A stretch of DNA of 63,253 nucleotides, counting the filler, from Reticulomyxa filosa (Eukaryota; Protista; Foraminifera), in NCBI GenBank assembly GCA_000512085.1. It is 24 parts of 24 records of this genome, joined end to end, with 100 filler letters (N's around TTAATTAATTAA, not from the genome) between each part and the next. Parts side by side here need not be neighbours in the genome. Positions count along the whole stretch, not along the records: positions 13,724 to 15,868 come from ASPP01029674.1; positions 15,969 to 17,449 come from ASPP01028480.1; positions 17,550 to 19,897 come from ASPP01002155.1; positions 19,998 to 21,273 come from ASPP01010497.1; positions 21,374 to 22,999 come from ASPP01032699.1; positions 23,100 to 24,724 come from ASPP01028837.1; positions 24,825 to 27,237 come from ASPP01026398.1; 17 more parts are not named here. The stretch is one strand, 5' to 3'. The notes beneath the pieces were generated by a model. That model made no database searches. It worked only from the letters and a program-made list of their open reading frames with translations, and was not told where the DNA came from. Each line of letters starts with the position of its first letter. Within the stretch, counting starts at the first letter, position 1. Position numbers and translations under genes: made by a program. This document shows, one piece after another, positions 14,209 through 26,812 of the stretch.

Positions 14209-15000
14209 TCAAGTAAACCATAAAATATAATCACAATTTGATACTAAAATTTTTGCTATATAACAATGAATGACAGTTTTGTCACGTTTAATCCACAAAT
14301 AACTAGTTTTTATCGACATACTTTGAGTAAATTTCGAGTTAATAATGTCTTGTTCGCCACAATTTTTTTCCTCAATTCGTTGAATTAATTTTTGGTTTCG
14401 CAATTTCAAATCATCCATCCAATTCTATTTTGATTTAAATATTCAACGTGAATTTTGGAATTATATCGCATCAGAAATAACTTGCAAAGAAAAATACAAA
14501 ACTTTGAGTATATCAAAATCATCTTTGTATTGCAACAAATCTTGAACAACTTGTTGAATTTTATATTTGCTTTCCAAATGCATTTTTCGAGTTTATCCTT
14601 TCGTTATATAGCCTGATTGTCGTTGCAAAGTGTGTAAAAATACATAAAGCAAAAATAAATATACAAAACGGTTCTGTTTCTTTCAGTTTGCAATTCTGAC
14701 TTCAAATGTTTAATCAAGCCTTGATTTTGTCTTAGCCTTTGCTGCAATGTTTTGACTTGATTTTACACAGTCAGAGATTTTTGGAATCCAAATTGCGTGT
14801 CTTGACTGGATGTCAATTTGCAGAATTTGTCCAAATGATCATTTATATCTTTTATTCTTCCTTTATAATCACAATATTCACTTTCTTCTTGTTCTCCTGA
14901 AGTACCTTCAGTGGAATATTTTACGGGATTTCTCTTTATTGAATTTTTGTATTGTCACGGGCACATGACCGTCAGATCTGAAATTTGTTTTCTGACAGTT
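14209..15000 (-). pseudogene. Decayed TRAF-type zinc-finger/coiled-coil family gene
   Basis: RKQISDLTVMCP*QY...EYCDYKGRIKDINDHLDKFCKL (TRAF-like CxxKG..DHL..C) followed by a coiled coil with stops. Confidence 0.65.
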
Positions 15001-15245
15001 ATATTTTTAAAATTCGAAGACAATAAGCTAATGTTAGGTTTCTGGTTATTCATTTCCGAAATGATTTTTGGAGCAGAAAGGATGAATGTGTGACCCAAAC
15101 ATAAATAACAACAAGTTTAAAAAAATAAGTTGAAATCTGAATTGTTTAGCATTATTTGATTAACGTCAATTATGAAGTTATTTATTGCAAAATGTCGACA
15201 ATTCTAACAATAGATAAAGAATTTGCTGCGAAGAACAGTTTTTCA

Positions 15246-15846
15246 CTATTCCACCGACTTTTTTCCTGTTTTATTTTCCACTCCAAACAAAGTGACAGTT
15301 ACAATTTTGATTTCTTCTTTTGGTTTTTCAGTATTTTTCTTTTTCCTGCAAATTGTTTTGGTCCTTTCGATGGCTTGTACCACATCCATGCCTTTGGTGA
15401 CTCGCCCAAACACAGTGTGCTTGTTGTCAAGCCAACTGGCCTCACAAGTTGTGATGAAAAATTGAGAACCGTTGGTATTCTTGCCGGCATTGGCCATTGA
15501 TACTGTTCCCGGTCTGTCGTGTTTCAAAGAAGGGTGAAATTCATCCTCAAAGGGCTTGCCCCATATGGATTGTCCCCCTGTTCCAGTGCCAGTGGGGTCT
15601 CCAGTTTGGATCATAAAGTGTTGAATGACACGATGGAATATACACCCATTGTAGTATTTTCTTTTGCATAATTCGGTGAAATTTTCGACTGTTTTTGGAC
15701 ACTCTTGGCCAAATAATTTGATATGGATTTCCCCCATTGAGGTGTGCAGTATGGCTGACTTGGCCAAGTCACGATGAGTTACATGAGATGACACTTGACT
15801 GAACAATTTTGTCGGTTTTTCGTTCAACACGTCTCGATTTTTTTCA
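15246..15846 (-). CDS. PPWD1: Cyclophilin-type PPIase, last exon of a PPWD1/CYP71 (WD40-cyclophilin) orthologue
   Basis: The RDVLNEKP linker typical of PPWD1 precedes [60 protein letters not shown] and [15 protein letters not shown] acceptor at 15847-15849. Confidence 0.9.
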
Positions 15847-16108
15847 CTGTGAAAGCAAAAAAAAAAAANNNNNNNNNNNNNNNNNNNNNNNNNNNNNNNN
15901 NNNNNNNNNNNNTTAATTAATTAANNNNNNNNNNNNNNNNNNNNNNNNNNNNNNNNNNNNNNNNNNNNTTCTGGTTAATAAGGCCAAGAAAAAAGATTTA
16001 TCTCTTGCGTTGTAAATAAAAACGAATAAAGAAAAAAAGAAATCCGGGACCAAAGAGAAGGGAAGAGAAGAGAATGGTGGTGAAAAGAAAAACAAGTGGA
16101 AAGAAGAA

Positions 16109-17343
16109 TCACATCGTTTTTTCGTGTTGTGTTTCTTTCTTTGAATACAAAGTATCAATCAAAACTCCATTTTCAATTTCCAAGTCTTTGATACGTGTGT
16201 CAGGTGATATTACTTTTCCAGCAAACTTCAGCTGCACATTGAGTTCGTATTTGGCTTCCAAAGACGCGATAATTTTTCCAACATTGTCATTCTATGAATT
16301 GATGCCAGATTGTTATTTATTTATTTTATTTTTGGATCATCACATTTGTAAATTAAATTAAATTAAATTAAACAAAAAAACAAACAAACCCGAAAGATTC
16401 GAACAGACAGATGTTGTCCATCAGGTTTGGTGACCTTAATCATGACAACATCATCAGACTCGATAGTCAGTTGATTGGTTGCACAACTCGGTTTGGCACC
16501 ACCTTTTTTGGTTTCATTATCACTTTCCGACGGGGTATTCAAACTGCGTTCCAATTGTTCCAACGCATGCAGTTGCATCTCATACTTTTTTTTTTTGTTA
16601 TTTGATACGTATCTTCTGCATTGTGTTTGTTTTTTTTTTTAATTAAACAAAAAAAAGTGTACAGCAAAGAACGCAAAAACATCTAACCTGTTTAGCAAAG
16701 TCACTATTGTTGTGATCCTCACATTGGACTTCAGTCTTGTTTTTTGCGCAATCGGACAACAACTCCTCAATTACATTAGCCTCTTTTCGACGTTTCTTTT
16801 TTGGAACTAGGGGTTACATTTTTTTTTATTTTAAAAAATTTTTTTTTTTTGGATGTTTCCCCCCCCCTTTCAATAGTCTCTCTTTTTTCTTTTTTTTGAT
16901 GAGTTTTTATGTAACACTTTGGAAATAAAGTTAATGTAAAAAAAAAAGTATCTAGAGCACTTGAAAATGGTTCATTATCATTTGTTGCACGCTTTCTCTT
17001 CTTTTTCTTTTTTTTAATGTTTATGTCCTTACTGTCATTCTCTTTTACTCACTTTGCCACTTTTCGCTGCTTTCTTCTCATTTGCTTTCTCTTCAATGTC
17101 ACTTATTGGATCGTTGCTTACGTCGTACAAACCGAACGATTCTTCTTCCTCTTCTTCTTTGATTTCACTTTTCTCACATGGTGTTTGCTCGTAGCGCAGT
17201 TTCAGTTGTTGTCGCATTTCGTCCAATTCTTTCTTTTTTTGATTACACTTTTCCATTACCTGCATTTTCACCAAGGAATCGAACTTTTCGACGTCCCATT
17301 CTTCTTCAAATTGTTCTGACGAGTCCTCTTTTGCTTGTTGCAT
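16109..17343 (-). CDS. Acidic/coiled-coil protein with a C-terminal SUMO/ubiquitin-like domain (RENi/Rad60-Esc2-NIP45-like)
   Basis: Spliced C-terminus VMIKVTKPDGQHLSVRIFR|NDNVGKIIASLEAKYELNVQLKFAGKVISPDTRIKDLEIENGVLIDTL has a beta-grasp/SUMO pattern and no terminal GG. The N-terminus is E/K-rich with PKKKRRK (NLS-like). Confidence 0.65.
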
Positions 17344-19449
17344 CGAACATTGAGTGTGTTAAGTTCCAGCAAATTGCATCTAATGAAACTTAAATCATTT
17401 AAGATGATCTAAAGAATGCGAACCGTGCCCTTTTTGTAAACTTGTGTTANNNNNNNNNNNNNNNNNNNNNNNNNNNNNNNNNNNNNNNNNNNNTTAATTA
17501 ATTAANNNNNNNNNNNNNNNNNNNNNNNNNNNNNNNNNNNNNNNNNNNNAGCTGACGTCCCACAAAGGTATTACCCCTTTTTGATTATAGAGAGATAATG
17601 CACTCTTCTCCATGCTCAAGCATTTTGTACCTTTCAAAAAAAATGTAAAAAAAAAAGGAGCACCTATCGAATTATCCTGCAAATCAGCAGTACACTGGAC
17701 CACAAAGAAGCATCCGCAAACGCGGAAAAATGCGACGTGGATAAGACAAATCGAAATGGAATTGCGACACTAGCAAAACAAATACATTGGAATCCATGCT
17801 TCTTATACACAAACATTGTCATCTGTTTATGTCGAACATTTGCAACAGCTGTATTGAATAGTTTGTCATTCCAATCTTTGAAATTAAAATATTTTTTTAA
17901 AAAAGTTGTGTTTAACTTGACTAAAATGGATAATTACATTCCAACAAAAGCATATTGATTTTAGAAAAAGAAAGATTAAACATAAATTGTGATTGTATTG
18001 TTCTTTGTTGTGGTTTAAACCATTTGGAAACATAGAACGAATCAAATATTTCATTTGATTTGTCAAGTACTTTTATTTTTTATTTTATCATACTTAATCT
18101 TTTCATTACAATCAATTACACAACGTCATCCAACAATACATTCAATGACTTTTCAATATATTTACTTATTTTTCTCGTGTTGCTTTTAAAATTTTACAAA
18201 AATCATATGAAAAAATGACATTTTTAGCCACATCAAAAAAAAGTTATTCAAAAATCAATTCCACATTTAAAAACTACAACATTTGTAGATTTTTTAAAAA
18301 TTAGTCTGTGTTTCATAGAGAAAATAATCTTCATAAGATGGCATTTTAGATATTCAGTTTTTTATGCAACCTATTGTATTAAATCTTAGTTACAAAAAAC
18401 CATTTGTTTTCTTTTAAGAAATGAAAGTCATAAAACAAACGTCCACAAAGAACATTTGTATTCGTATTCGCTTTGATTCACAGAACAAATTCCACATTAT
18501 TGCACAGTTCGTTTTTTGGGATATTTGATCAAATAAGAATCTGTCAACTATGCTTTCTTCTTCCTAGAAAAAAATTTTGCATAACTATTTTTGATTGAAG
18601 TGCATAATTCCGATAAAAAAAAAAAGATGAAAGAGTTTGATGTTTTATTTTATATTTTATATTGTTTACATTTGTATTTTTTAATAATAAAAAAGGAGAA
18701 ACTCTTTATTCTATTTTTTTTTTTGGATAGATAATGACAAATGGTGATTATACACAGGAATGCCACTTAAAGTATTTTTTAATTGATAACACACATGATT
18801 ATATAAAACAAATTAGAATCAAAAGTCAAAACCAACGAATTGAAAAATATAAGATCATTATATTGATAAATATTTGCATCTCTTTATTTGAAATAATGAA
18901 TAGAAACAAGAATAAGAAAATGCAGTGAACTTTTAGTTGTCTTGATTATTAAAAAATAAACAATTAATTTAATTGTTTGTATCTTATTACCAAAATATTA
19001 TAATGAATTAAATCATTTCTCAAGTTTTTGCAAATGAGACAAGTTAATAAAGAGATAATGGATGTTATTTGTAAAAATATTTCGTTTATGTTTATTTGAT
19101 AAAATATTGTATATTAATCACATTAATGTTGCAAAAATCTTCTTCACAATAGTTTATACTACAAATTGCCGCATCCCAAGAGTTGTGTTATCATCTAAAG
19201 AAATATTAATCCATTCTGCAAAAACTACAAAACACTATGTTCAAAGTTTTTGTTGAAAATCTTTTAAAAAAAAACTTGTATACTCAGTTTTGTACAACTT
19301 TTTAAAAAATTTCTTGTCTTCATCGAAAAAACAATTATATATACTGTTAAAATCCTATTTCACGTTGCCAAAGATATTTTTAAAAACCCCTTTCATTACC
19401 TTTAAGAAAAAAAAGTTCAATCCATTTTACATCAAAAATAATCTTAAGC

Positions 19450-19897
19450 ATGACAACTCTTACCAATGAGAAGCAAACTTCGACAAAAATAGCGTTGGTA
19501 AGATTTCTTACAAGCTTTCAGAAAGTTTGTTTTATTTATCGTATGTAACTTGTGATTCAAACAGTCTGAAGAAAAAAAGATTCAAGTAATCGTACAACAT
19601 TGGATTCGAATATCCAACATTAAATTAGGATGGATCAAAGATTTTGACAAACTCATTATCAATTATGTTAGTTCATCTATCTTTCTTTTTTTTAAATACT
19701 AACTAAAATATTCAAATGTTTATTTAACACAGATATATGCTGTCTTCATGTTTGAAACATTTCGCTCATCATCCAAATTAATCAATACATTCACTGGACA
19801 TACCAGTTATGTGTGGAGTATTGATTATTCAATCTGTGATAACTGTCAATTGATTTGTTCTGGATCAAATGATAAAACAGTTCGTGTATGGGATGTT
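19450..19897 (+). CDS. WD40-repeat protein of the lineage-expanded family, 5' part (3 exons)
   Basis: MTTLTNEKQ...|SEEKKIQVIVQHWIRISNIKLGWIKDFDKLIINY|...FETFRSSSKLINTFTGHTSYVWSIDYS...ICSGSNDKTVRVWDV. Truncated by the linker. Confidence 0.9.
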
Positions 19898-19997
19898 NNN
19901 NNNNNNNNNNNNNNNNNNNNNNNNNNNNNNNNNNNNNNNNNTTAATTAATTAANNNNNNNNNNNNNNNNNNNNNNNNNNNNNNNNNNNNNNNNNNNN

Positions 19998-20717
19998 TAG
20001 TTGGGTGTTTGGTTGGAATTTTAGTTGGGTGTTTAGTTGGAAGTTTAGTTGGGGGTTTGGTTGGAGGTTTGGTTGGAGATTTGGAAGGCATTCGCGTGGG
20101 ATTCTTGGATGGTTGCCCGGTAGGAGATCGAGATGGGAATGTAGTTGGATGCTTTGACGGCATTAACGTCGGATGTTTGGAAGGCATTTTGGTCGGAAAG
20201 CCGGAAGGTGAGGTCCTCGGAGGTTTTGAAGGTAATGCCGTTGGGTTGTGTGAAGGTAATGCCGTTGGGTTGTGTGAAGGTAATGCCGTTGAGCTGAGCG
20301 AAAACAATGTCGTTGGGCTGAGTGAAGGTAAAAGCGTGGGAGCATTGGTAGGGCTTGTTGTTGGGCCTTTATATAAATAAGTAAATAAATATACATATAT
20401 AGATATGTATATACTGCATGTATGTTAATTGAGAAAATAATGGCATGTAAAAAAAAAAAAAAAAAAACACGAAACATGGAATTGGCCAGTGAGGAGTTTC
20501 GGGACAGAGCTGACAGCAAGGGGTATCAAACGTGGCAAAGCCTCCAATAGTAAAATTGAGAACGAGGGTCGAGCCGAGATAGTCGGTAAATGTTTTGTTT
20601 GTCAAGTTCAGCATGGTGATGGCACTGTTGTCCTGCATCAAAAGGAGCAACATTAAGTCTATGCTTTTGTCACACCTTTTTGTTGTTGGTGTTGTTATTA
20701 TGTCAATAACATCCACA

Positions 20718-20750
<33 letters not shown>

Positions 20751-21050
20751 CAATCACCATCATCAAAACAGTGACTACATAGCTTTTTCAAAGACTATGC
20801 TATAGTAAGAAAGGTTTTACGTACCTGAAATAGTCCATTCCAATGAAGGCAGATTGGAGGTGGGAACTGGCAGCGATGGACGCAGAGGTTTCGGGACGTA
20901 TGCCGATTTGCTTAAGATTCGAGTCTTGAAAGTAATACAGAAGATCGCCCTCGGGAGTGCACAGCGCGGCTTCCGTCGTTATCCCTTGCCAGCTCAACAG
21001 CTCTGCATGTCCAGTGTTTAGGCTCACTCCACCATTTCAATTGCCACCAC
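19998..21050 (-). CDS. Probable extracellular protein with a PT/PS tetrapeptide-repeat (mucin/extensin-like) stalk, partial
   Basis: Globular exons (GHAELLSWQGITTEAALCTPEGDLLYYF; DNSAITMLNLTNKTF...PCCQLCPETPHWPIPC) are followed by about 30 PTxx/PSxx units. 24-bp tandem repeats at 20227-20291. Confidence 0.7.
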
Positions 21051-21404
21051 ACACACACATCAATTCAAACACAACATTTCCACACAATACATACATTCAG
21101 ACATTATCACATAATTTTTTTTGCTTCACTTTGTTTCTTGCTAAAAATAAAAGAAAAAGGACGAATAAAAACAAGGGAAGGGCTGTGGATAGAAATTATA
21201 CACAACATAGTGTGCATACTTTTCTATAGAATGTATACAAAAGGGGGGAGGGGGGAGGTAATGCAAACACGTANNNNNNNNNNNNNNNNNNNNNNNNNNN
21301 NNNNNNNNNNNNNNNNNTTAATTAATTAANNNNNNNNNNNNNNNNNNNNNNNNNNNNNNNNNNNNNNNNNNNNATATATATATATATATGTATATGCATG
21401 TCTT

Positions 21405-22055
21405 GCTTCAGAATTAGACGATACATTGTTTGGATTGAATAACAACATCAGCGTCGATAAAAACACCTTTGTGCTGTCGCATCTCGAGAACGAAACCAAG
21501 AAACTAGCGATCATCTCCATTCTCCATGATCATTCTCACGAATCCATCACGTTAGCTATTTTCTCACATGCGCGTGCATATACACGTATATACATATGTA
21601 TATACATATATATATGTATATATTTAATGATCTCCTTCTCTAAACTACACTATTGCATATATATATATCTTTTTAGTGGGAAGAAGAAACAGACGATGAA
21701 GACGACCACAAGACTACTAGAGGATGTATGAAAGATGCAAGCAGCCCCCTGTCTCGCCTTTGAAGTCATTTGCGAAAAGCAAGTCGTCCAGCAACATATG
21801 AAGATAGCAATGAAGACGTCGCTGGAGGGCGCTGGTGATACACACACACCAATCGCAATGATAGCAACGACTTTGAAATGCTGTTGGATGACGATGTCAA
21901 GCTGGACTTGGATTAAATCTTGAATAATCATGACCTGATTGGTGATCTTCCTTCGGCCAAAACTCTTTGTGGAAGAAGAACGTCGCCCGCATGGACCAAT
22001 ATAAAGATGTCCAAGATCATACAAATACTGATGCCCGAAATACTACAACAAGGTA
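21405..22055 (+). pseudogene. Decayed hypothetical gene
   Basis: An exon-like, higher-GC frame (EEETDDEDDHK...SRL*SHL...GRW*YTH...LDLD*ILNNH...) with three in-frame stops, flanked by intron-like TA-rich sequence. Confidence 0.45.
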
Positions 22056-24100
22056 TATGCTTTATCAAGCAAATAATACTCGTTGCCTCAATACAAATCC
22101 TTGACGTAGTGTTTTTTTATTTTTTTTTTCATTGACTTCATCTCTTTTTTTGGCTTTGGTAATTGTGGTTTTTTCGACTCATTGTTTGTGTTTATTATTT
22201 CCTTTTTTTTTTTATGCTTTTTTTTTTAAAACAGTTTGGAAAAAAAAAAAAGTAAACACATTTTAATCAAATATATATCTGATGGTACGCAAACTTGAAA
22301 TAAAAGAAGTGATTTGATTGCTATCAAGGCAATCCGATGAGCTCGTATCAAGAACTATCACCTTCTGACTATAGTCGAAATAAATATCATATCAGAAACA
22401 TAAAAATATATTTTATCTTAATAAATTCATATATCAATATAACTTCTTAAATTAAATGATTAATTGAATATATGATATTGATTTAAAAAAATGTTAATGA
22501 ATGAACAAAATATTGGAGTATATAACATTATATATATAAAATATATTTATTACTAGTAATGCATGGGCCTATATAAGTCTATATCTATATTAAATTTTCC
22601 TAGATTATTTATTATTGATGAAGTAAAAACGACAATTGGGTAAGTGCATGACTGTTATATATTGAAAATGATAGTCAATAATATAACACCAGTCTAAGAT
22701 TAACACTCAAGTTTACATAATATGGCGATATTTATGTAATGGTCGGTGGGTGGTTTTGGGTGATTCTGTATGAAATCTTAAACTGCAACTAGTTGTCAAT
22801 CAAGGGTATATGGACATTGTATATTGTAAATAGATTGAAAAACTATCATAAATTTTTTTTTTTATCATTAATATATATATCATTAATACAATATATATTT
22901 ATATATATTTATATTTAAAAATATATATTTAAGTTATTACAATTATTACATTTTAAATTATTCATTTTTTATTTCGTTTACAAAATTTTCGATTATATAN
23001 NNNNNNNNNNNNNNNNNNNNNNNNNNNNNNNNNNNNNNNNNNNTTAATTAATTAANNNNNNNNNNNNNNNNNNNNNNNNNNNNNNNNNNNNNNNNNNNNA
23101 GTCGCTCAAAAAATATTTCTGTGTTTGATTTGAACACATTGAAATTTATAAGGCATAATATTCTGCTGAGTAATGATGTTACTGTTATTATCTTACGATA
23201 TATTCTGGTATTTTTTGTTTGTTTTCTTGTTTTATAATTTGTATAAATAGATCAATATGTATGTATTAAATTAATAAAATAGTTTAAACATTTCAAACCT
23301 GTATAATTCTATAAAGAGCCCTTTTACAGCATATACAGTGTAAAATTTTCATCAAAGTATTTACATCACTCCGACTAACGGCCATTGTCAGCCTAATGAT
23401 GATATAGGCGTTATAATGATTAGTAATTCGATCTATACCTCTATGTTAGCACTATCATACTGCCTGCAACAGCAAAGGGGGACTGAATGCGTCCTCTTCA
23501 GATGGACACTCCACCGTTCCTGCAAGTGTAAATAATCGACAATGCTTGGACGACAATACTATTGTCGTTGATGCAACTTTGTTTGCTGGTCGTTGCCAAC
23601 CCGCCTATTGCACGCCTTTTTTGCGACCATTCATCGCAGTCTTAACTAACTCCAATATAAAACAGGAACATATCATTCATTAGAGATCATACGGGAACAC
23701 ATAATTAAAATCACTACGGACCCATAATTACAATATTCACCTTAATTATTTGCTGTGTTTGTTTTGTTTGAGATGATGTATTCGCAATTCCAAACTTTCA
23801 GTCAGACAAAAAAACAACTAAACAAAAAAAAGAAAAATTTTGCTTGTTTAACTTCTCTAAAACTAAATCAAAATGGAAATAATCAATATTTTCTCCATTA
23901 GCTCTGGACACGGGACGAATTGCTTCACAGATTTAGAAAAAGGGAAAAATTTCACGTCAGAAGCATTTTTAAATTATTTTTGTTACTGGTTTTGTTGTTA
24001 TTTAAAATTTCTTTAAAAAAACCTTTGAAAATAAAATAGACTGATAATTTTCATCTTCAAATTCTCAAACATATTTTCCCTTACAAAAAGCAAATGATTA

Positions 24101-24668
24101 ACCGAGAAAGTATTGTGCATAGTGTACGAGACGCATGCAATGTTTAAAGTGGATGTGATATTACGTTGAATCACAGAGTTACCAGGGCACACGAGCATTC
24201 GCTTGTGGGATGCGAAGTCGCAAAATCCAGAAAAAGCGTTTGAAAAGCACAGCATTGGATTCTAGTGATGGAGTACTCTCCGTGCGAACGTATACTCGCG
24301 AGTGAAGACATGCAGGTGGTGATATGGCTATGTAATACGTGAAAAGTGACGACGTATGAATGGATGAATAAAGGTTCGATGGCACATAAGAAGTGAATCA
24401 CTAGCATTGCTTGTTAGCCATTTCACTTGCGCAAATGAAGCAAAACTTGTGCTTTGCGAGTGCGGGGAAAGACACAATAATCAAGATTTAGAACTTGTGC
24501 ACCAAACATGTGCAAATTCACTTGAATGAAAATAAAGACACAAGCTGTTTGAACATGTTCGACTTACCGGGACATTCCGATGAAGTCTATGATTGCGATT
24601 GTAGTAATCACGGAACTTGCATGTCAAGTGGATGAAAAGATAGAGTCATTCGCATTTGGAGGCCTTAG
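24101..24668 (+). pseudogene. NLE1: Notchless (NLE1/RSA4) pseudogene with internal deletions
   Basis: TEKVLCIVYETHAMFKV..R*ITELPGHT, SIRLWD, WILVMEYSP..ILAS, AHKK*ITSIAC*PFH, FASAGKDTIIKI*N and DLPGHSDEVY.CDCS..G..MSSG*KDRVIRIWRP* are colinear with NLE1 EKVLxIxYQPQAxFxV, GHxKWITxxxWEPxH and DLPGHADEVYAVDWSPDG..VASGGKDK..RIW. Confidence 0.85.
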
Positions 24669-24824
24669 ATCATTCTTTAGCACTTTTCATTTGCAATTGT
24701 TGATTTATTTTTACTAGTCTTTTTNNNNNNNNNNNNNNNNNNNNNNNNNNNNNNNNNNNNNNNNNNNNTTAATTAATTAANNNNNNNNNNNNNNNNNNNN
24801 NNNNNNNNNNNNNNNNNNNNNNNN

Positions 24825-25558
24825 GATGATGATGATGATGATGACGTTGCTGTTGGAATGGATGTGGTAAATATGTGATGATAAATGGCGGAACAGTCAC
24901 AACTGAAACCATTTTCGTGACGATATTTTTGAACCTTGTGGAGCAGTGTCCCTGTCACATTGACGTCGTTCTGACGTAACTCGTTCAATGTTAGTGTCGC
25001 ATTTGCTGAACTACCTTTCGATTGTGATTGCAATGGCAATGACGTTTTGATCCGCTGATTCAATAAACGGACGTTGTAAGGGTCACTCAACAACAAGTAG
25101 TCATTCACAATCTTGTCAAATAGTGCCTGCTTGTTCAAATTTCGCAATGTTGTTATGTCCAATAACTGCTCCGATTTTTTACTCGATAATTGCACTGACT
25201 TTTTGCTCATCGTTTCATTCACGTTATTGCTATTGTTATTGTTATTGTTATTGTTATTGTTATTATTTGCGCTGATGCTGGGCACATTGTCCGAACTGCT
25301 CGATACACTCGGCCCTGTATTCATAGAGCTCTTTGCTTGTCTCAGCTGCTCGCTGAGGTCGTGAACTTGTCGCTGTGCTTGCTGCAATAGTGACTGCAAT
25401 ATTGATATGTGGTCCTCCAATTCCTGGATTTTCGCTTGGTCTTTGCCATGTCGAGCAACCCAATACTTTTCCAAGGATAAATGTCGGCCTCGCAATAATG
25501 AGTAACGTGTTGCCAATGATAAAGTATCCGTTTGTGGTAAAGGTTGAGAATGGGACAT
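24825..25558 (-). CDS. Hypothetical coiled-coil protein with a poly-Asn tract, 5' part
   Basis: About 245 open codons from MSHSQP, including heptads KIQELEDHISILQSLLQQAQRQVHDLSEQL and an (AAT/AAC)n tract. Confidence 0.65.
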
Positions 25559-25842
25559 GGCTAATGCCTTTTTTCAACACATAAGCGTCCGCTTCCCTTC
25601 GTGTTTTTTTTTTTAAAAAACTGACCTCACTGGTAATGTTTTACTTGAGAGTTATTCCATTTCAAAAATTGCAAAAAAATGAATTTTTCTCTGAGATAGG
25701 GAAATTACAAATAGATCCAAAAAAATTGCTTTTTTTTCTGGTTAAAAAGTGTCAAAATTCAAAATATTAAACAAAATTTTTTTCAATTTGAAAAAAATTA
25801 TTAAGAGGAATTGTTACACGTGTTCAAACAAAAAAACAAATT

Positions 25843-26405
25843 TTATGATTTTGATGAAACAACTGTATCAAATGCATAAGACAATGCAAAATGTCTAAGC
25901 AAATGAATAATACTGTGATTTACAACCCAAGCGGGAGATAAAATTTCGTATTTATGATCATTTCTGGCAACACCAATAATTGTTAAGATCCATGCAACAA
26001 TAGCAACTTTTCCAGCAGTTGAAAATTTATCTGTTCTATTATTTTTTGTAAACATCATCCGATATGCCATATGACACATTGAAATAACATTTGGAAGTTT
26101 ATAAAATAATGTAATTACTGCACGACCGCCATTTGTTTTAGATGTTTCTGGTGTCCTCCATAAAAGAAGAAAATATTATTTAATATTGGATCATTTCTAC
26201 CTTTAAATAACCAAATAATATCATACACATGATCAATTATTCCAACAACACAAGCATTTTGAAGCCAAAAACAATAAGCTCCTGTAGAAAAATGCTTAGT
26301 AATTACATGGAGATTGTACGCGTTTGTTGCAATCCAAGCACTAATAACAGGAGCAAACAAAACCGAGGACTTCACTAAAGATGGAGATGGTGCTGCAGTG
26401 GACAT
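25843..26405 (-). CDS. Small multi-pass membrane protein, intronless, split by one frameshift near 26150
   Basis: MSTAAPSPS...FFYGGH continues in another frame as PETSKTNGGRAVITLFYKLPNVISMCHMAYR...NHSIIHLLRHFALSY. Several hydrophobic segments. Confidence 0.55.
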
Positions 26406-26812
26406 TGTGGTTATACTAACGCTCAAAAAAGAAAAAACCTTTTTCAAATCTAGTTTTTGTCAAAGAGGAAAAACGCACGAAAACAATTTTCTCAATCTTT
26501 ATGAAAATGTTAAGAGTTTGGCACAAGCCAGCCATCAATTTAATTTGAATATTAACTGCAAAAAGCATGTATGAACATCAATGTACTACTTCTCCCAAAT
26601 GAAATTTATCAACCAATCATGTAATTTTTTTTTTTAATTGGAATAAAATAACAAGCAATTTTTAAAGTGTACAAAAAGAATTCTTGTTGTGTGCATTGTT
26701 TCATTAGAAAAAGGACTGACTAATTTCAAGCAAATAACGATAAAAAAAACAAAAAGCATACAAATGAAAACCATCCATTTTTCGTTTTGTCTGACAATCA
26801 CTAAGAAAAGGA

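Noticed and set aside
22260-22999. Possible rRNA, organellar or group I intron fragment in a very AT-rich stretch
   Set aside because: No convincing universally conserved rRNA or intron core motif and no clean reading frame. An Infernal/BLAST search would be needed.
23550-23568. Perfect palindrome ACGACAATA-C-TATTGTCGT
   Set aside because: A single 9-bp arm pair can arise by chance in 63 kb, and there is no partner or context.
24101-24668. TGA reassigned to Trp or Sec (alternative genetic code)
   Set aside because: Trp positions in decayed genes appear as both TGA and TAG alongside frameshifts and deletions. Intact genes use TGG for Trp and end in TGA, TAA or TAG.
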